A model generated the notes under the pieces. The model worked only from the letters and a program-made list of their open reading frames with translations, was not told the DNA's origin and did no database searches. A stretch of DNA of 64,000 nt from Myxococcota bacterium. Its GTDB lineage: Bacteria > Myxococcota_A > SURF-8. Positions 40,298-49,344 of the stretch are shown here, piece by piece. The stretch spans positions 4,256,001 to 4,320,000 of the forward strand of contig OZ223209.1 in the NCBI GenBank assembly GCA_965140415.1, read 5' to 3'. Position 1 is the stretch's first letter, and the number at the start of each line of letters is the position of its first letter. Made by a program: the position numbers and the translations under genes.

Positions 40298-42068
40298 CAT
40301 CTTCTTCATCATCCGACAATCTAGTTCCAGGTCGGTCAAATTGAATTCCAAGTAGTCTGCCTGAATCCGACTTGTCAGTTAGTCTGAGACGTACGTATTG
40401 ATCAAAATCGAAATCCTCTGGAAAATCATCGAAGGGAACCATATCTGAATTCATCGTACAGATATATTGAGCACTGTTCGCTGACGTGATTTCTGCCGCT
40501 CGCGCCAGTGCCATTGCTCGCTGTCTGGGATCGACAGCATCGTACATTAGGGTATCGTGAATAAGAAAATCAATTTGATCCTGTTTTTCCAGCTGCAACT
40601 GCAACAAGGCAAGATCAAAGCAGAATATTTTCATTTTATCGATACCATCACTGCCAGTTCTATCAATTTCCACTTCGTAACTATACCCCTTATCATCAAT
40701 GTCGATTATCAATTTCCCAGGAGTTTTGTAGAGAGCTTGAGTATTGTCATTGAATAGACGTATTGCATTTTCCCATATTTTGCGTCTGTCTTCGTGATCC
40801 TGCTCTGCGATCTTTACCGCTTCGGCCTTTTGCGCTTTTATCTCACGTTTTTGCTTACTGATTGATTTCAGTTCATCGATTCTCGACTGAATTTTGTTCA
40901 GTTCATTCTGCGCCAACGTATTGCGCTCTTGAAGTTTGGTCATCTCCTGAAGAGCACCATGTGTTTCAAGAATCTTCAGCAATTTAGCTCGCTTTTGCGT
41001 AAATAGGGCGATCTGGCTTTCACGGTCTGTGATCGAGCTTTCAATCCTTGATATTTCCCTTTCAAGGAATTCTCGACGGTTGGTTATGATGCTTTCATGA
41101 AATTCTTTCGCTTGTGATAGCGTCCTTTTTACATCACCACTGAAAACAAGCCCAGATTCTTTGTAAAGCTGCTCAAGAGCCTCTGTATTTGCAGGTAGTA
41201 CGTCTGCAATAGATTCCTTGTATCTGTAGAGTTTGCGTTTATCCGATATATTTTCATTGGTTAAACCATGAATTTCACTCGTTAGCTGATCAGCTTCCTC
41301 TTGGATTTCATGGTACTCGGGATGAACAAGAAATGACTCTATCGATTGTGCGAGCGCATTCGTATTTTGTTCAAGTTGAACGCGCTCGGCTTCAAGTTCA
41401 CCTATCGTACTAACCCCTGAGACTTTACCTTTACTCAGTGCATTCAAACCCAGTCTTGTTTCTTCAAGCTCCTCAATTTTTGAAACATTTTCCCATCCCA
41501 AATCAAGAAGATATGCGATATTGACTTTCGCGATTATTCCTTTTTGTTGTGGGAGATACTTGAACGGGGTGATATATGCGCCGGGTTTCGTCCGAATAAA
41601 ATACGATATTAGGCTACGATATGTTGGTTTGTGTTGATAAGTTTCATCGTTTGGCGACAATCCGAATAGTGCCCAACCAAGTAGTTTTCTCCAGCGAGTA
41701 AGGTTGAAGAAATGTTCTGCTGTGTCATCATCCAAATCTGGCTGATCGCACCATCCCTCTGTGTCGCCTTCAATAACGATCCGGTTATGTGAAGAAACAG
41801 CACGAGAAATCTTAACTCGATTGCCAGCTACTGTTGCCTCCAGCGTGAAAACCCATTCTTTGAGTGGGTCGATAATTAGCTTTTTTCCGGTTTTCGCTGA
41901 TCCTCCAAGACAAAAATCGATGATGTCAAGAAGCGTTGATTTTCCGAGGCCATTGCAGGTGTCTTTCTTTGAAGAAGTTTCCGTGCGCTCTGCAATGATA
42001 ACGTTTAGACCGGTTTCAAATGAAACAGTCCTAAAGCTGGCAATATTTGCTGAAACGCTATGTATCAC
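40290..42068 (-). CDS. SMC/Rad50-like ABC ATPase (DUF2326; Lamassu LmuB / ABC-3C ATPase)
   Basis: Walker A NGLGKST, long coiled coil, FCFDL and FLIHD Walker B-like motif, LLGIQF end. Confidence 0.85.
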   Translation of the reverse strand: MIHSVSANIASFRTVSFETGLNVIIAERTETSSKKDTCNGLGKSTLLDIIDFCLGGSAKTGKKLIIDPLKEWVFTLEATVAGNRVKISRAVSSHNRIVIEGDTEGWCDQPDLDDDTAEHFFNLTRWRKLLGWALFGLSPNDETYQHKPTYRSLISYFIRTKPGAYITPFKYLPQQKGIIAKVNIAYLLDLGWENVSKIEELEETRLGLNALSKGKVSGVSTIGELEAERVQLEQNTNALAQSIESFLVHPEYHEIQEEADQLTSEIHGLTNENISDKRKLYRYKESIADVLPANTEALEQLYKESGLVFSGDVKRTLSQAKEFHESIITNRREFLEREISRIESSITDRESQIALFTQKRAKLLKILETHGALQEMTKLQERNTLAQNELNKIQSRIDELKSISKQKREIKAQKAEAVKIAEQDHEDRRKIWENAIRLFNDNTQALYKTPGKLIIDIDDKGYSYEVEIDRTGSDGIDKMKIFCFDLALLQLQLEKQDQIDFLIHDTLMYDAVDPRQRAMALARAAEITSANSAQYICTMNSDMVPFDDFPEDFDFDQYVRLRLTDKSDSGRLLGIQFDRPGTRLSDDEEDDE

Positions 42069-42292
42069 GACTGTTCCTTTACTACCATGCCATTAGATAA
42101 TGTGACGACTCCAGTTATGTACAGCATGTCCAGAGCCAATACGAATCGCTCGAAGTTACCGACAGATTTATTACATCGTACCTTTTCCCATAAATTGGTG
42201 ACGGTTTGCGGTCGTTTCAGTTCTTTGATCAGCACAGCCCCCACCCCTAAAAAGGATTGATCTTGCGAAATATGTTTGGATGGGAGGATCAT
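42065..42292 (-). CDS. ABC-three-component middle component (Lamassu LmuC-like)
   Basis: 75 aa; MILPSKHI...LGVGA...LW...FVLALDMLY; overlaps both neighbours. Confidence 0.78.
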   Translation of the reverse strand: MILPSKHISQDQSFLGVGAVLIKELKRPQTVTNLWEKVRCNKSVGNFERFVLALDMLYITGVVTLSNGMVVKEQS

Positions 42293-43047
42293 TTTTCAAA
42301 TACCTCGCACGCTTCGAAAAAGTGAACCAGTAACGCCAATCCGGCAGCCTTCATATTGAAATCTGACGAACCATTACAGGAGAACTCTTGCAGCTCTGCA
42401 AATATGGCATCGCTGGTCAGCCCCTCAGTATCTCTCAATCCTATGTATTTTTGCTTGAAACCTGCAACTAACCGATCCACAAAACCGGAATCAATCTGCT
42501 CCATCCCTTCAAGGAATTGCCGAACCTCTTCCCCCTGCATCAAACCCATCGCGATCCGTTTGCGGATAGGGTCTGACAGGGAATTCTTTTTGATTTTTTT
42601 ATCGGGGGGAACAATCGAGAATTCAGGCGGCTGAGACACTGTCTGAACTGAAATCCCCTTGATTGCAACCTCAAGCTCAGCAAATCCTATATCGGACATG
42701 CTTTCATCAAGTTTTTCATGAACCCATGTCTCATGTTCGGTTTTCAGGTTCCTCAAGAATTCAACGCTATACTGGCTCTGCAGTGTATCAACCGTGTCAT
42801 GGCAGGTTGGGCAAAGAAGAACCCAATTTTCGTATGTATCCAGCTTGTCCCTTGGATATGTCAGGTCAGCCCGCGGTCCACCATCGGAATGAGCGATGAT
42901 GTGCCCAATTTTTCCTATTTGCTTGGCTTTGTCGCTGGGTTCACCTTCTAAAATAAGCTCTTTTCTGCATTTCGGGAACGCACATCGTCCAGCAGCAAGC
43001 CCATACAATATTTTCACATCAGCTTGGGGATATTTTCTATCACTCAT
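42289..43047 (-). CDS. HNH endonuclease effector with ABC-3C C-terminal domain (Lamassu LmuA-like)
   Basis: CAFPKC, HIIAHSDGGPR and ENWVLLCPTCHDTVD; C-terminal FFEACEVFEK. Confidence 0.8.
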   Translation of the reverse strand: MSDRKYPQADVKILYGLAAGRCAFPKCRKELILEGEPSDKAKQIGKIGHIIAHSDGGPRADLTYPRDKLDTYENWVLLCPTCHDTVDTLQSQYSVEFLRNLKTEHETWVHEKLDESMSDIGFAELEVAIKGISVQTVSQPPEFSIVPPDKKIKKNSLSDPIRKRIAMGLMQGEEVRQFLEGMEQIDSGFVDRLVAGFKQKYIGLRDTEGLTSDAIFAELQEFSCNGSSDFNMKAAGLALLVHFFEACEVFEK

Positions 43048-44168
43048 ACCACCACCTCCCCACTCATCAATCGTGGAAGCAGAAGATCGCGGGCTTGGGC
43101 GAGAGCAACGTTTGCCTTACCTAGTGAAAGAACCTGCTCAAAAATAGGCTGAGCTATATGGTCAAACATATTCAGCAGAGAACTTGCTTTAGGCAATATC
43201 AATGTCTTACGACCGATATAATCTGTATTTAGATTTTTCTGTGTAGCCCCATCACCTATCCCTGACAATATCTCGCGCTGTTTCGCAAGCAAACCACAAT
43301 ATAGGAACCATTTTGAGATTCGGGTCAAGTTTTTGAAATAGAGCCATCCATCATGGATGCAACCTTCTATACCGGTGAAGTACGGAATTCCACATGTGGC
43401 ACTATTTGACAAGATAAGCTCTCCAGGCGGCAGCAGTACACTCTTTTTGATACCCGACTCGAGTATTCTCTCGGCAGTTGATAAAACGAAAGGATGACCT
43501 GTGGCAGTAGCATCACCAATCTTATACCAAGGGACTGTACCATCAAGAAAATCCCTAATTGGACGTGGCGAACCGCCACGACCAACTGTGCAAAGACTAG
43601 AAATCTCCACCTTCTCCCACCCCTCCGGCACGCCGTTGGTGATGGTGGCGTGCTCGTGGCCGGGGAAGCGCAGGTGGACGAACCATTCCCGGTACAAGAG
43701 CCGGGCGCTTTCCTCCAAGAGCTTGATGCGGCGGCGGTTGTTCTCAATGAGGTCGTCGTAGGCGGAGAGGGTGTCGGCAATAGCGGTGTGCGTGCTCTTT
43801 TCAGGAATAGAAACAATTCGTGCATGGAGATCGTTTCTGTTTACACCAGGAACCGCTGCTTTATCGCTTTGCGTTCCATGAAGAATATGTCGCAAGTAGT
43901 AGAAGATGAATCTCGGATCATGTCCTTTGAAATCTTGTACGTAAAGAGCCGTATTCAGTGGCCAGTAATCCCCATCAACGAAGAACACTTCACCGAGCGT
44001 TCCGTAGCGTCCTGTCACAACTCCTGGACCTTCAACTTTGGCGGCATTATGAGTTCCCGTGATTCCAGATGATGAAACAATAGGAACATCACCCGATTTC
44101 CTCTGCTTGCTTGGAAGATCATATCCTCTCTTTAGGGTCAGTATTTCTCCGAGCTTTGCTTGCTGCAT
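43044..44168 (-). CDS. hsdS: Type I R-M specificity subunit
   Basis: Two TRDs separated by DDLIENNRRRIKLLEE...VPEGW; ends RDLLLPRLMSGE. Confidence 0.93.
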   Translation of the reverse strand: MQQAKLGEILTLKRGYDLPSKQRKSGDVPIVSSSGITGTHNAAKVEGPGVVTGRYGTLGEVFFVDGDYWPLNTALYVQDFKGHDPRFIFYYLRHILHGTQSDKAAVPGVNRNDLHARIVSIPEKSTHTAIADTLSAYDDLIENNRRRIKLLEESARLLYREWFVHLRFPGHEHATITNGVPEGWEKVEISSLCTVGRGGSPRPIRDFLDGTVPWYKIGDATATGHPFVLSTAERILESGIKKSVLLPPGELILSNSATCGIPYFTGIEGCIHDGWLYFKNLTRISKWFLYCGLLAKQREILSGIGDGATQKNLNTDYIGRKTLILPKASSLLNMFDHIAQPIFEQVLSLGKANVALAQARDLLLPRLMSGEVVV

Positions 44169-46280
44169 TTAAGCCCCCAACCCCTCGAAATTCTTCTTGA
44201 TGGTTGCAGCCAGTTGGGCGGCTTCCTCGTTCAGGCCTTCCAGCTCGATGTGAATCTCGCGCAGCGTCTCCTCGAAATCGAAATCCTCGTCCTCCTCTTC
44301 CGGCGCCACGCCCACATAACGCCCCGGCGTCAGGCTCCAGTCGTGCTCTTTGAGCGTGCCCGCGTCCACTACCTTCACCAGGCCTTCCACGTCCGCAAGC
44401 TCGCCTTCGGGGAAGCGATCCAGCAGCCAGCGCGCCTGCCGGTGGACATAGCGCACCTGCCGCAGTTGCTCCACCGCCACCTGCCGCGCTTCGTCCGCCG
44501 CCTTACGGGCGCTTGAGACTTCGCGGGTCGCCCAGGCATCGCTCGCCTTGGCGTCCAGCTCCTTTTCGCACACGTCCACCACGCGCAAAGCCAGCTTGAC
44601 GAGCTGATCGGCCTGCTTGCCCAGGTTGCGGCTCTGCTCGGCCAGCGCCCCAAGCGGATCGGCAGCCTTCTTTACAGCTGCTAAGGTCCGTTTGGCTTTC
44701 GACCATGCGGCGGCTTCCTTTTCAAGCGCTTTCCGGAAGGCGGCCACGTCATGCTCGAAGGTCGCTTTCGCCTCCGCAAACGCTGCCAGCGGCTCGGCCT
44801 GCGCGCCGCCTTTGGCCTGTATCTTGATGAAAGGCGCGATGGCCTTGTCGAGCGCGGCCAGCGCGTCCATGAAATCGGGGATGGGATGCAGGGTTTCGCC
44901 GTCTACCGCGAGCGCGAAACAGCCGTCACCCTCTGCGAGCGTACGGTCGAGGTAGCTTGCTAAAAGCTCCACGAAGCGGTCGCTCTGCCCGCGATACAGC
45001 CAAACGATGGACAGGATGTTTTGCAGCTGTTCGGGCGAGAAGTCGTTGATCTTGCGCGTCACCTTGCGATAGACGTTGCGGGCGTCGATCATCAGCACCT
45101 TGTCGCGCATCGCCTCCGGCTTGCCGCGATTCAAGAACCACAGCTCGCAGGGCACGGAGCGCGTGTAGAAGAAGTTCGAGCGGATGGCGATCATCACGTC
45201 CACCGCGCCGCTCTCAACGAGCTTCTGGCGAACCTTCGCCTCACCGCGCCCGGCGCTCGACGCCTGGCTGCTCATCACGAAACCCGCCCGCCCGCGTTCG
45301 TTCAGATACGAGTAAAAATAGCTGATCCACAGGTAGTTGCCGTTCGACACCTTACCTTCTTTGTTGACGCCCGGCAGGCCGAAGGGCAGCCGTGGATCGC
45401 GCTTGACCTTGCCCGCGTCCACTTCGTCCACGTTGAACGGCGGATTGGCCATGACGTAATCGGCTTTCTGGAACAACTCGTGCGGGTCTTCGTAGTAGGT
45501 GATCGCCTTCTGGATGTCGCCTTCCAGCCCGTGCACGGCCAGGTTCATCTTGGCCAGCCGGATCGTGGTGCTGTTCTTCTCCAGCCCGTAAAAAGCCAGC
45601 CGCTCGGACGGGTCGGCCTCCATCCGCTCCACGAAGCGGGCGCTCTGTACGAACATGCCGCCCGAACCGCAGGCCGGGTCCAGCACCTTGCCATGCTCCG
45701 GCTCCAGCACGTTGGCGATCAGCGAGACAATCGAGATCGGGGTGAAGAACTCGCCGCCGTCGTGCGCCTTCTGATCGGCGAACTGGGTAAGGAAATACTC
45801 GTAAATACGCCCGAAGATGTCGCCATCGGCGCGCTTCAGCTCGTCGGGGTTCAATGTGCGAAGCAGGCTGGCCAGAAGGTCATTGTCCAGCTCCTGATAC
45901 TCCTGCTTGGGCAGCACACCGCGCAGGGATTCATAATCCTCTTCTATCGACTCCATCGCCGCGATGATGCGCTGGGCGCGGTCTTCATGATCGGGCAGGC
46001 TGGCGAGATAGTCGAACTGCGCCTCGTCGCGCAGGAAAATCGAGCTTTTCTGGCTGAAGTCTTCCTTTTTGAGAGCGCGCACCTTGCCGCCGCGGGAGGG
46101 CAGCGTGCCCTCGATCTGCTCGCGCACGGTCAGGTAGCGGTTGTAGGCGTGGCGCAGAAAAACCAGGCCCATCACCGGCAGGAAATATTCGTTGCTGGCG
46201 TAGTTGGAGTTGGCGCGCAGAGTATCCGCCGCCTTCCAGAGCCGCTTTTCTATCGCTTCAATGTTTTCGAGCTGGGGCAT
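44169..46280 (-). CDS. hsdM: Type I R-M N6-adenine methyltransferase
   Basis: GGEFFTP, DPACGSGG and NPPF motifs, WSLTPGRYVG; ~170-aa helical insertion near the C-terminus. Confidence 0.95.
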   Translation of the reverse strand: MPQLENIEAIEKRLWKAADTLRANSNYASNEYFLPVMGLVFLRHAYNRYLTVREQIEGTLPSRGGKVRALKKEDFSQKSSIFLRDEAQFDYLASLPDHEDRAQRIIAAMESIEEDYESLRGVLPKQEYQELDNDLLASLLRTLNPDELKRADGDIFGRIYEYFLTQFADQKAHDGGEFFTPISIVSLIANVLEPEHGKVLDPACGSGGMFVQSARFVERMEADPSERLAFYGLEKNSTTIRLAKMNLAVHGLEGDIQKAITYYEDPHELFQKADYVMANPPFNVDEVDAGKVKRDPRLPFGLPGVNKEGKVSNGNYLWISYFYSYLNERGRAGFVMSSQASSAGRGEAKVRQKLVESGAVDVMIAIRSNFFYTRSVPCELWFLNRGKPEAMRDKVLMIDARNVYRKVTRKINDFSPEQLQNILSIVWLYRGQSDRFVELLASYLDRTLAEGDGCFALAVDGETLHPIPDFMDALAALDKAIAPFIKIQAKGGAQAEPLAAFAEAKATFEHDVAAFRKALEKEAAAWSKAKRTLAAVKKAADPLGALAEQSRNLGKQADQLVKLALRVVDVCEKELDAKASDAWATREVSSARKAADEARQVAVEQLRQVRYVHRQARWLLDRFPEGELADVEGLVKVVDAGTLKEHDWSLTPGRYVGVAPEEEDEDFDFEETLREIHIELEGLNEEAAQLAATIKKNFEGLGA

Positions 46281-46650
46281 GGGGAACAACCTTCTATGCT
46301 ACTTGCTCCTGGCTTCATCCAAATCGGACGGATGCCTGGAAGTCATTTTGTTTCGTTGACGACGCTGATATATAGAACCATTGTAATCTCAACAAGTTAT
46401 AACGTATATATCATTCATCGCCATACGTCAAGAAACGAAAATTATGCCGATATTGTGACATAAGAACTGAAGAAAGCGGATCGACAAATAGCCCGGTCGA
46501 ATGGCTCTCTTTCATCTTTTCAGTGAACGCCACCATACCACAACCGGCGGCGTTCGATCGATCATTCCACCAACAATCCTACCGCACCCGGCGGCGGCGC
46601 AAAGCCAAGGCCGGGTGGCCTTCGTGCGTCGAGACACACATGGAGGCAGC

Positions 46651-47328
46651 ATGGAATTGTGTTCCCAAAACCAGCAGTCCTGTCAACCCGTTCCCATGTC
46701 CCATGAAGCGATCAACGCATCCTTCACCGAGATGGTCGAAGATGGCATTTTCCGCCCGGTCATGAGGCATTTGGGCGACGCCTTCGACGCCGAGGATCGT
46801 TTTCAGGAAGGCACGTGCATGATCTACGACGATTACCGCCGCGCCGCCGAGCGTGGCAAGCCGACCGACCGCGCCGCGCTGGTTTACGGCTTGAAACTGA
46901 AAAGCTTCGACGTCACCCACCGCTTCACCCGAACCGGACACGGTCGCCGCAGAGACGTGCTGGGCTCACCGGCCTGTGTCTTGGACGGCATCAAGGTTTT
47001 GCGCTTTGACGGCCTGAATTACGAAGAAGACGGCCCGTTCGACGATACCTATGTCGATCACGAGAACCCCATGAGCTTCGTCAACGAGATCAGTTTCCAA
47101 TCCGCCAATTTCGAGACTCAGGTGATTTCCAAGCTGGATCTTGACGGATGGCTTGATAATCAGACCCAAACGGATCAGACGATGCTGGCCATGCGTCAGG
47201 CGGGTCATTCGCTCGCCGAAATCGCCGCAAAGGTCGGTTGCTCCGTAAGTAAGTGCAGCCGTCGCCTGCTCGATCTCGGCTTCGATTTGGCCGAGGCGGC
47301 GCAGCTGCCAATCCCGGCGAAAGCGTGA
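46651..47328 (+). CDS. Sigma-factor-like / C-terminal HTH protein
   Basis: DAEDRFQEG resembles sigma region 2; GHSLAEIAAKVGCSVSKCSRRL HTH; GGAGG RBS. Confidence 0.55.
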   Translation: MELCSQNQQSCQPVPMSHEAINASFTEMVEDGIFRPVMRHLGDAFDAEDRFQEGTCMIYDDYRRAAERGKPTDRAALVYGLKLKSFDVTHRFTRTGHGRRRDVLGSPACVLDGIKVLRFDGLNYEEDGPFDDTYVDHENPMSFVNEISFQSANFETQVISKLDLDGWLDNQTQTDQTMLAMRQAGHSLAEIAAKVGCSVSKCSRRLLDLGFDLAEAAQLPIPAKA

Positions 47329-47330
47329 AG

Positions 47331-47522
47331 ATGAACAAATTGATTTTGAAAGAACGAGACTACGGCTTCGACGATGAGGAGCCTTATAGCCCCAACGATT
47401 ACGAGTACGAGCAACCGGAAGGAGATCCCGATTTGCAACTATTGCACAACCTGACCGTCGAACTGGCCGCCACCGGCGCCCGCGTTGTGGCAAAGTGGCT
47501 GCTTCGACGGTTCGAGAGATAA
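47331..47522 (+). CDS. Small acidic hypothetical protein
   Basis: 63 aa, starts 2 bp after the previous stop. Confidence 0.4.
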   Translation: MNKLILKERDYGFDDEEPYSPNDYEYEQPEGDPDLQLLHNLTVELAATGARVVAKWLLRRFER

Positions 47523-47677
47523 TCCCACCTGCACTCCCGCCATCATTCCCGCCTCCGTTCCCCAGCCGCACCTGCCTCCAGCGGCGGAAGAAAGATCCTA
47601 TTGGTCTTTCTTTTTAGATGGCCAGGTAGGGCATCAACAACAGGACGTATATTTGCCGAGACAATTAGGTACTAGCT

Positions 47678-48628
47678 TCAATCTCTTTTGAATTTATAGG
47701 CAGAAAAGTATCGGCATCCATTTTTCCACAACCTGGTTGATTTCGATCGGTCATATATATCAATCATCTTCATTTTGCCAGCAAAGCTGGTGACACGTGT
47801 GACACCTGCTTTAAAATGAAATCGAATTTCTGGAAAATAGCCTCTCTGATAAAACACAGAGACATCATTTGTTGATGGTGGATTTACCACGAAGGAAACA
47901 TCAATTGATTCATCATCTTCGGCAAATACATCTTTCTTGTTATCATATTTAGGGTTAACATTGATAGCTTTCCCAAAATTACCAATAAGCTTTATCATTT
48001 CATTCTTATCGTATACCAGATTACTGCTTTGCAGACTGCTAGAGGTTGATGAAAGAATAAGTGACCGTATTTCCTGAACACCATTTCTCTCTTCGAAGTC
48101 CAGGCTGAGTGTTTTGAATAAGGGGTGGGAGAGAAAGACATAAGTTAAACCCTCTGATCTATCCCATATTATATTGTTCTGGACCATGCTTTCTTTGACA
48201 ACTTCTGCGGGTTGGAAAAAGGGTATGTCGCAAAGAGATTCAAGGCTGTTTCGAGGTCTTTCTGATCTTTTTTCTTCTGTTTCACTATTTCCGGCAAGTA
48301 GACCTATGACCGAAACTGCAACGATCCCTAAGAATAGAATTATTGTAATGACAAGAACCCGTTTTTTGCGAATACCAGAAGAATTTAGACTATCGTCATC
48401 GGTTGGCAGAAGGTTTGTATCTTGCTCCCTTGGTATCACAGGAGGGGTGTCAGGTTCTGGATCTTCATAAGCGTTTTCGGATAGTATTTCTGAAACTATT
48501 CTCCAACCCATTGTGTTATGGTCATAGACAGACGAATCTAAAAGAACTCTGCGTTCATCTACCCATCTTTGAAGGGTTTGCAAATCAGGGCACTTATATT
48601 CATTCTCTCCTTCTTTTATAGTATACAT
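47678..48628 (-). CDS. Single-TM hypothetical protein with GYF_2/DUF4339-like N-terminus, low GC
   Basis: YKCPDLQTLQRWVDERRV...W; one TM helix. Confidence 0.55.
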   Translation of the reverse strand: MYTIKEGENEYKCPDLQTLQRWVDERRVLLDSSVYDHNTMGWRIVSEILSENAYEDPEPDTPPVIPREQDTNLLPTDDDSLNSSGIRKKRVLVITIILFLGIVAVSVIGLLAGNSETEEKRSERPRNSLESLCDIPFFQPAEVVKESMVQNNIIWDRSEGLTYVFLSHPLFKTLSLDFEERNGVQEIRSLILSSTSSSLQSSNLVYDKNEMIKLIGNFGKAINVNPKYDNKKDVFAEDDESIDVSFVVNPPSTNDVSVFYQRGYFPEIRFHFKAGVTRVTSFAGKMKMIDIYDRSKSTRLWKNGCRYFSAYKFKRD

Positions 48629-48677
48629 TATTCTTTCCAATCTCCTTTTTCCAGAAGGGACGATGTAATCAATAATC

Positions 48678-49205
48678 CTACTGTCTATGCTTCCTTCGCC
48701 AATCCCAGGGCGGAACGGGCTTTTCCTGCTCCCATAATCCACGTTTGGCCTTGCGCGCGTCCTGCTCCAGCCGCGCCAGCTTTTTGTCGTCCGGGTAGTA
48801 GCGCTTGAACCACCACGCCAGCCCGGCTTTCAGGATTTCGTGGTTCAGGAGCTTGCCGTCCGGCAGTCGAACCCATGAAACCCAACGACCATACTTGTCT
48901 TTTTCGACCGGAATCACGGTTACGGTCTTCTTTTTAGCCAATTCAATGACAAATTGCAAGGCCTTGCGCCCGTAAGGCTGCTTGTACTCCGGGCAGTCGA
49001 TTCCCGCCAGGCGCAACTCGCGCTTGATGTTTCCCGTTTTGCCGGTCTTGACGATCATCGAATCGCCGTCCTTGATCCAGTGGACAACCGCCTGATACGG
49101 CTTGGGAGCTTCAGATTCGCTTTGGGCTCTAGCCCCATCGGCAAGGCACAGCAGGACAAAGAAGATCAAGCCGCAAATAAATGCAATTTTCCATCGATGA
49201 TCCAT
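48678..49205 (-). CDS. Secreted thermonuclease (SNase family)
   Basis: DGDS, RLAGIDCPE, QPYG, DKYGR and ARKAKRGLW motifs; signal peptide. Confidence 0.92.
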   Translation of the reverse strand: MDHRWKIAFICGLIFFVLLCLADGARAQSESEAPKPYQAVVHWIKDGDSMIVKTGKTGNIKRELRLAGIDCPEYKQPYGRKALQFVIELAKKKTVTVIPVEKDKYGRWVSWVRLPDGKLLNHEILKAGLAWWFKRYYPDDKKLARLEQDARKAKRGLWEQEKPVPPWDWRRKHRQ

Positions 49206-49344
49206 GCGAAGTCCTTTCTGAGTGATGAAGTGTAGCGCAACGATGTGACAGATTATGTCATACCCATGACGCAAATTTAGAATCAGGGTGCTACAACCCT
49301 TATATCTCTTTTGAAATCGTCTCTGGCATTACAATGACAATCCG

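Noticed and set aside
43044-44168. GC mosaic inside hsdS as phase-variable shufflon
   Set aside because: Low-GC TRDs between conserved spacers are normal for hsdS; no second hsdS, inverted repeats or invertase seen.
37751-46463. Long + strand ORFs opposite hsdR and hsdM (386 aa, 480 aa)
   Set aside because: Antisense shadows of high-GC genes.
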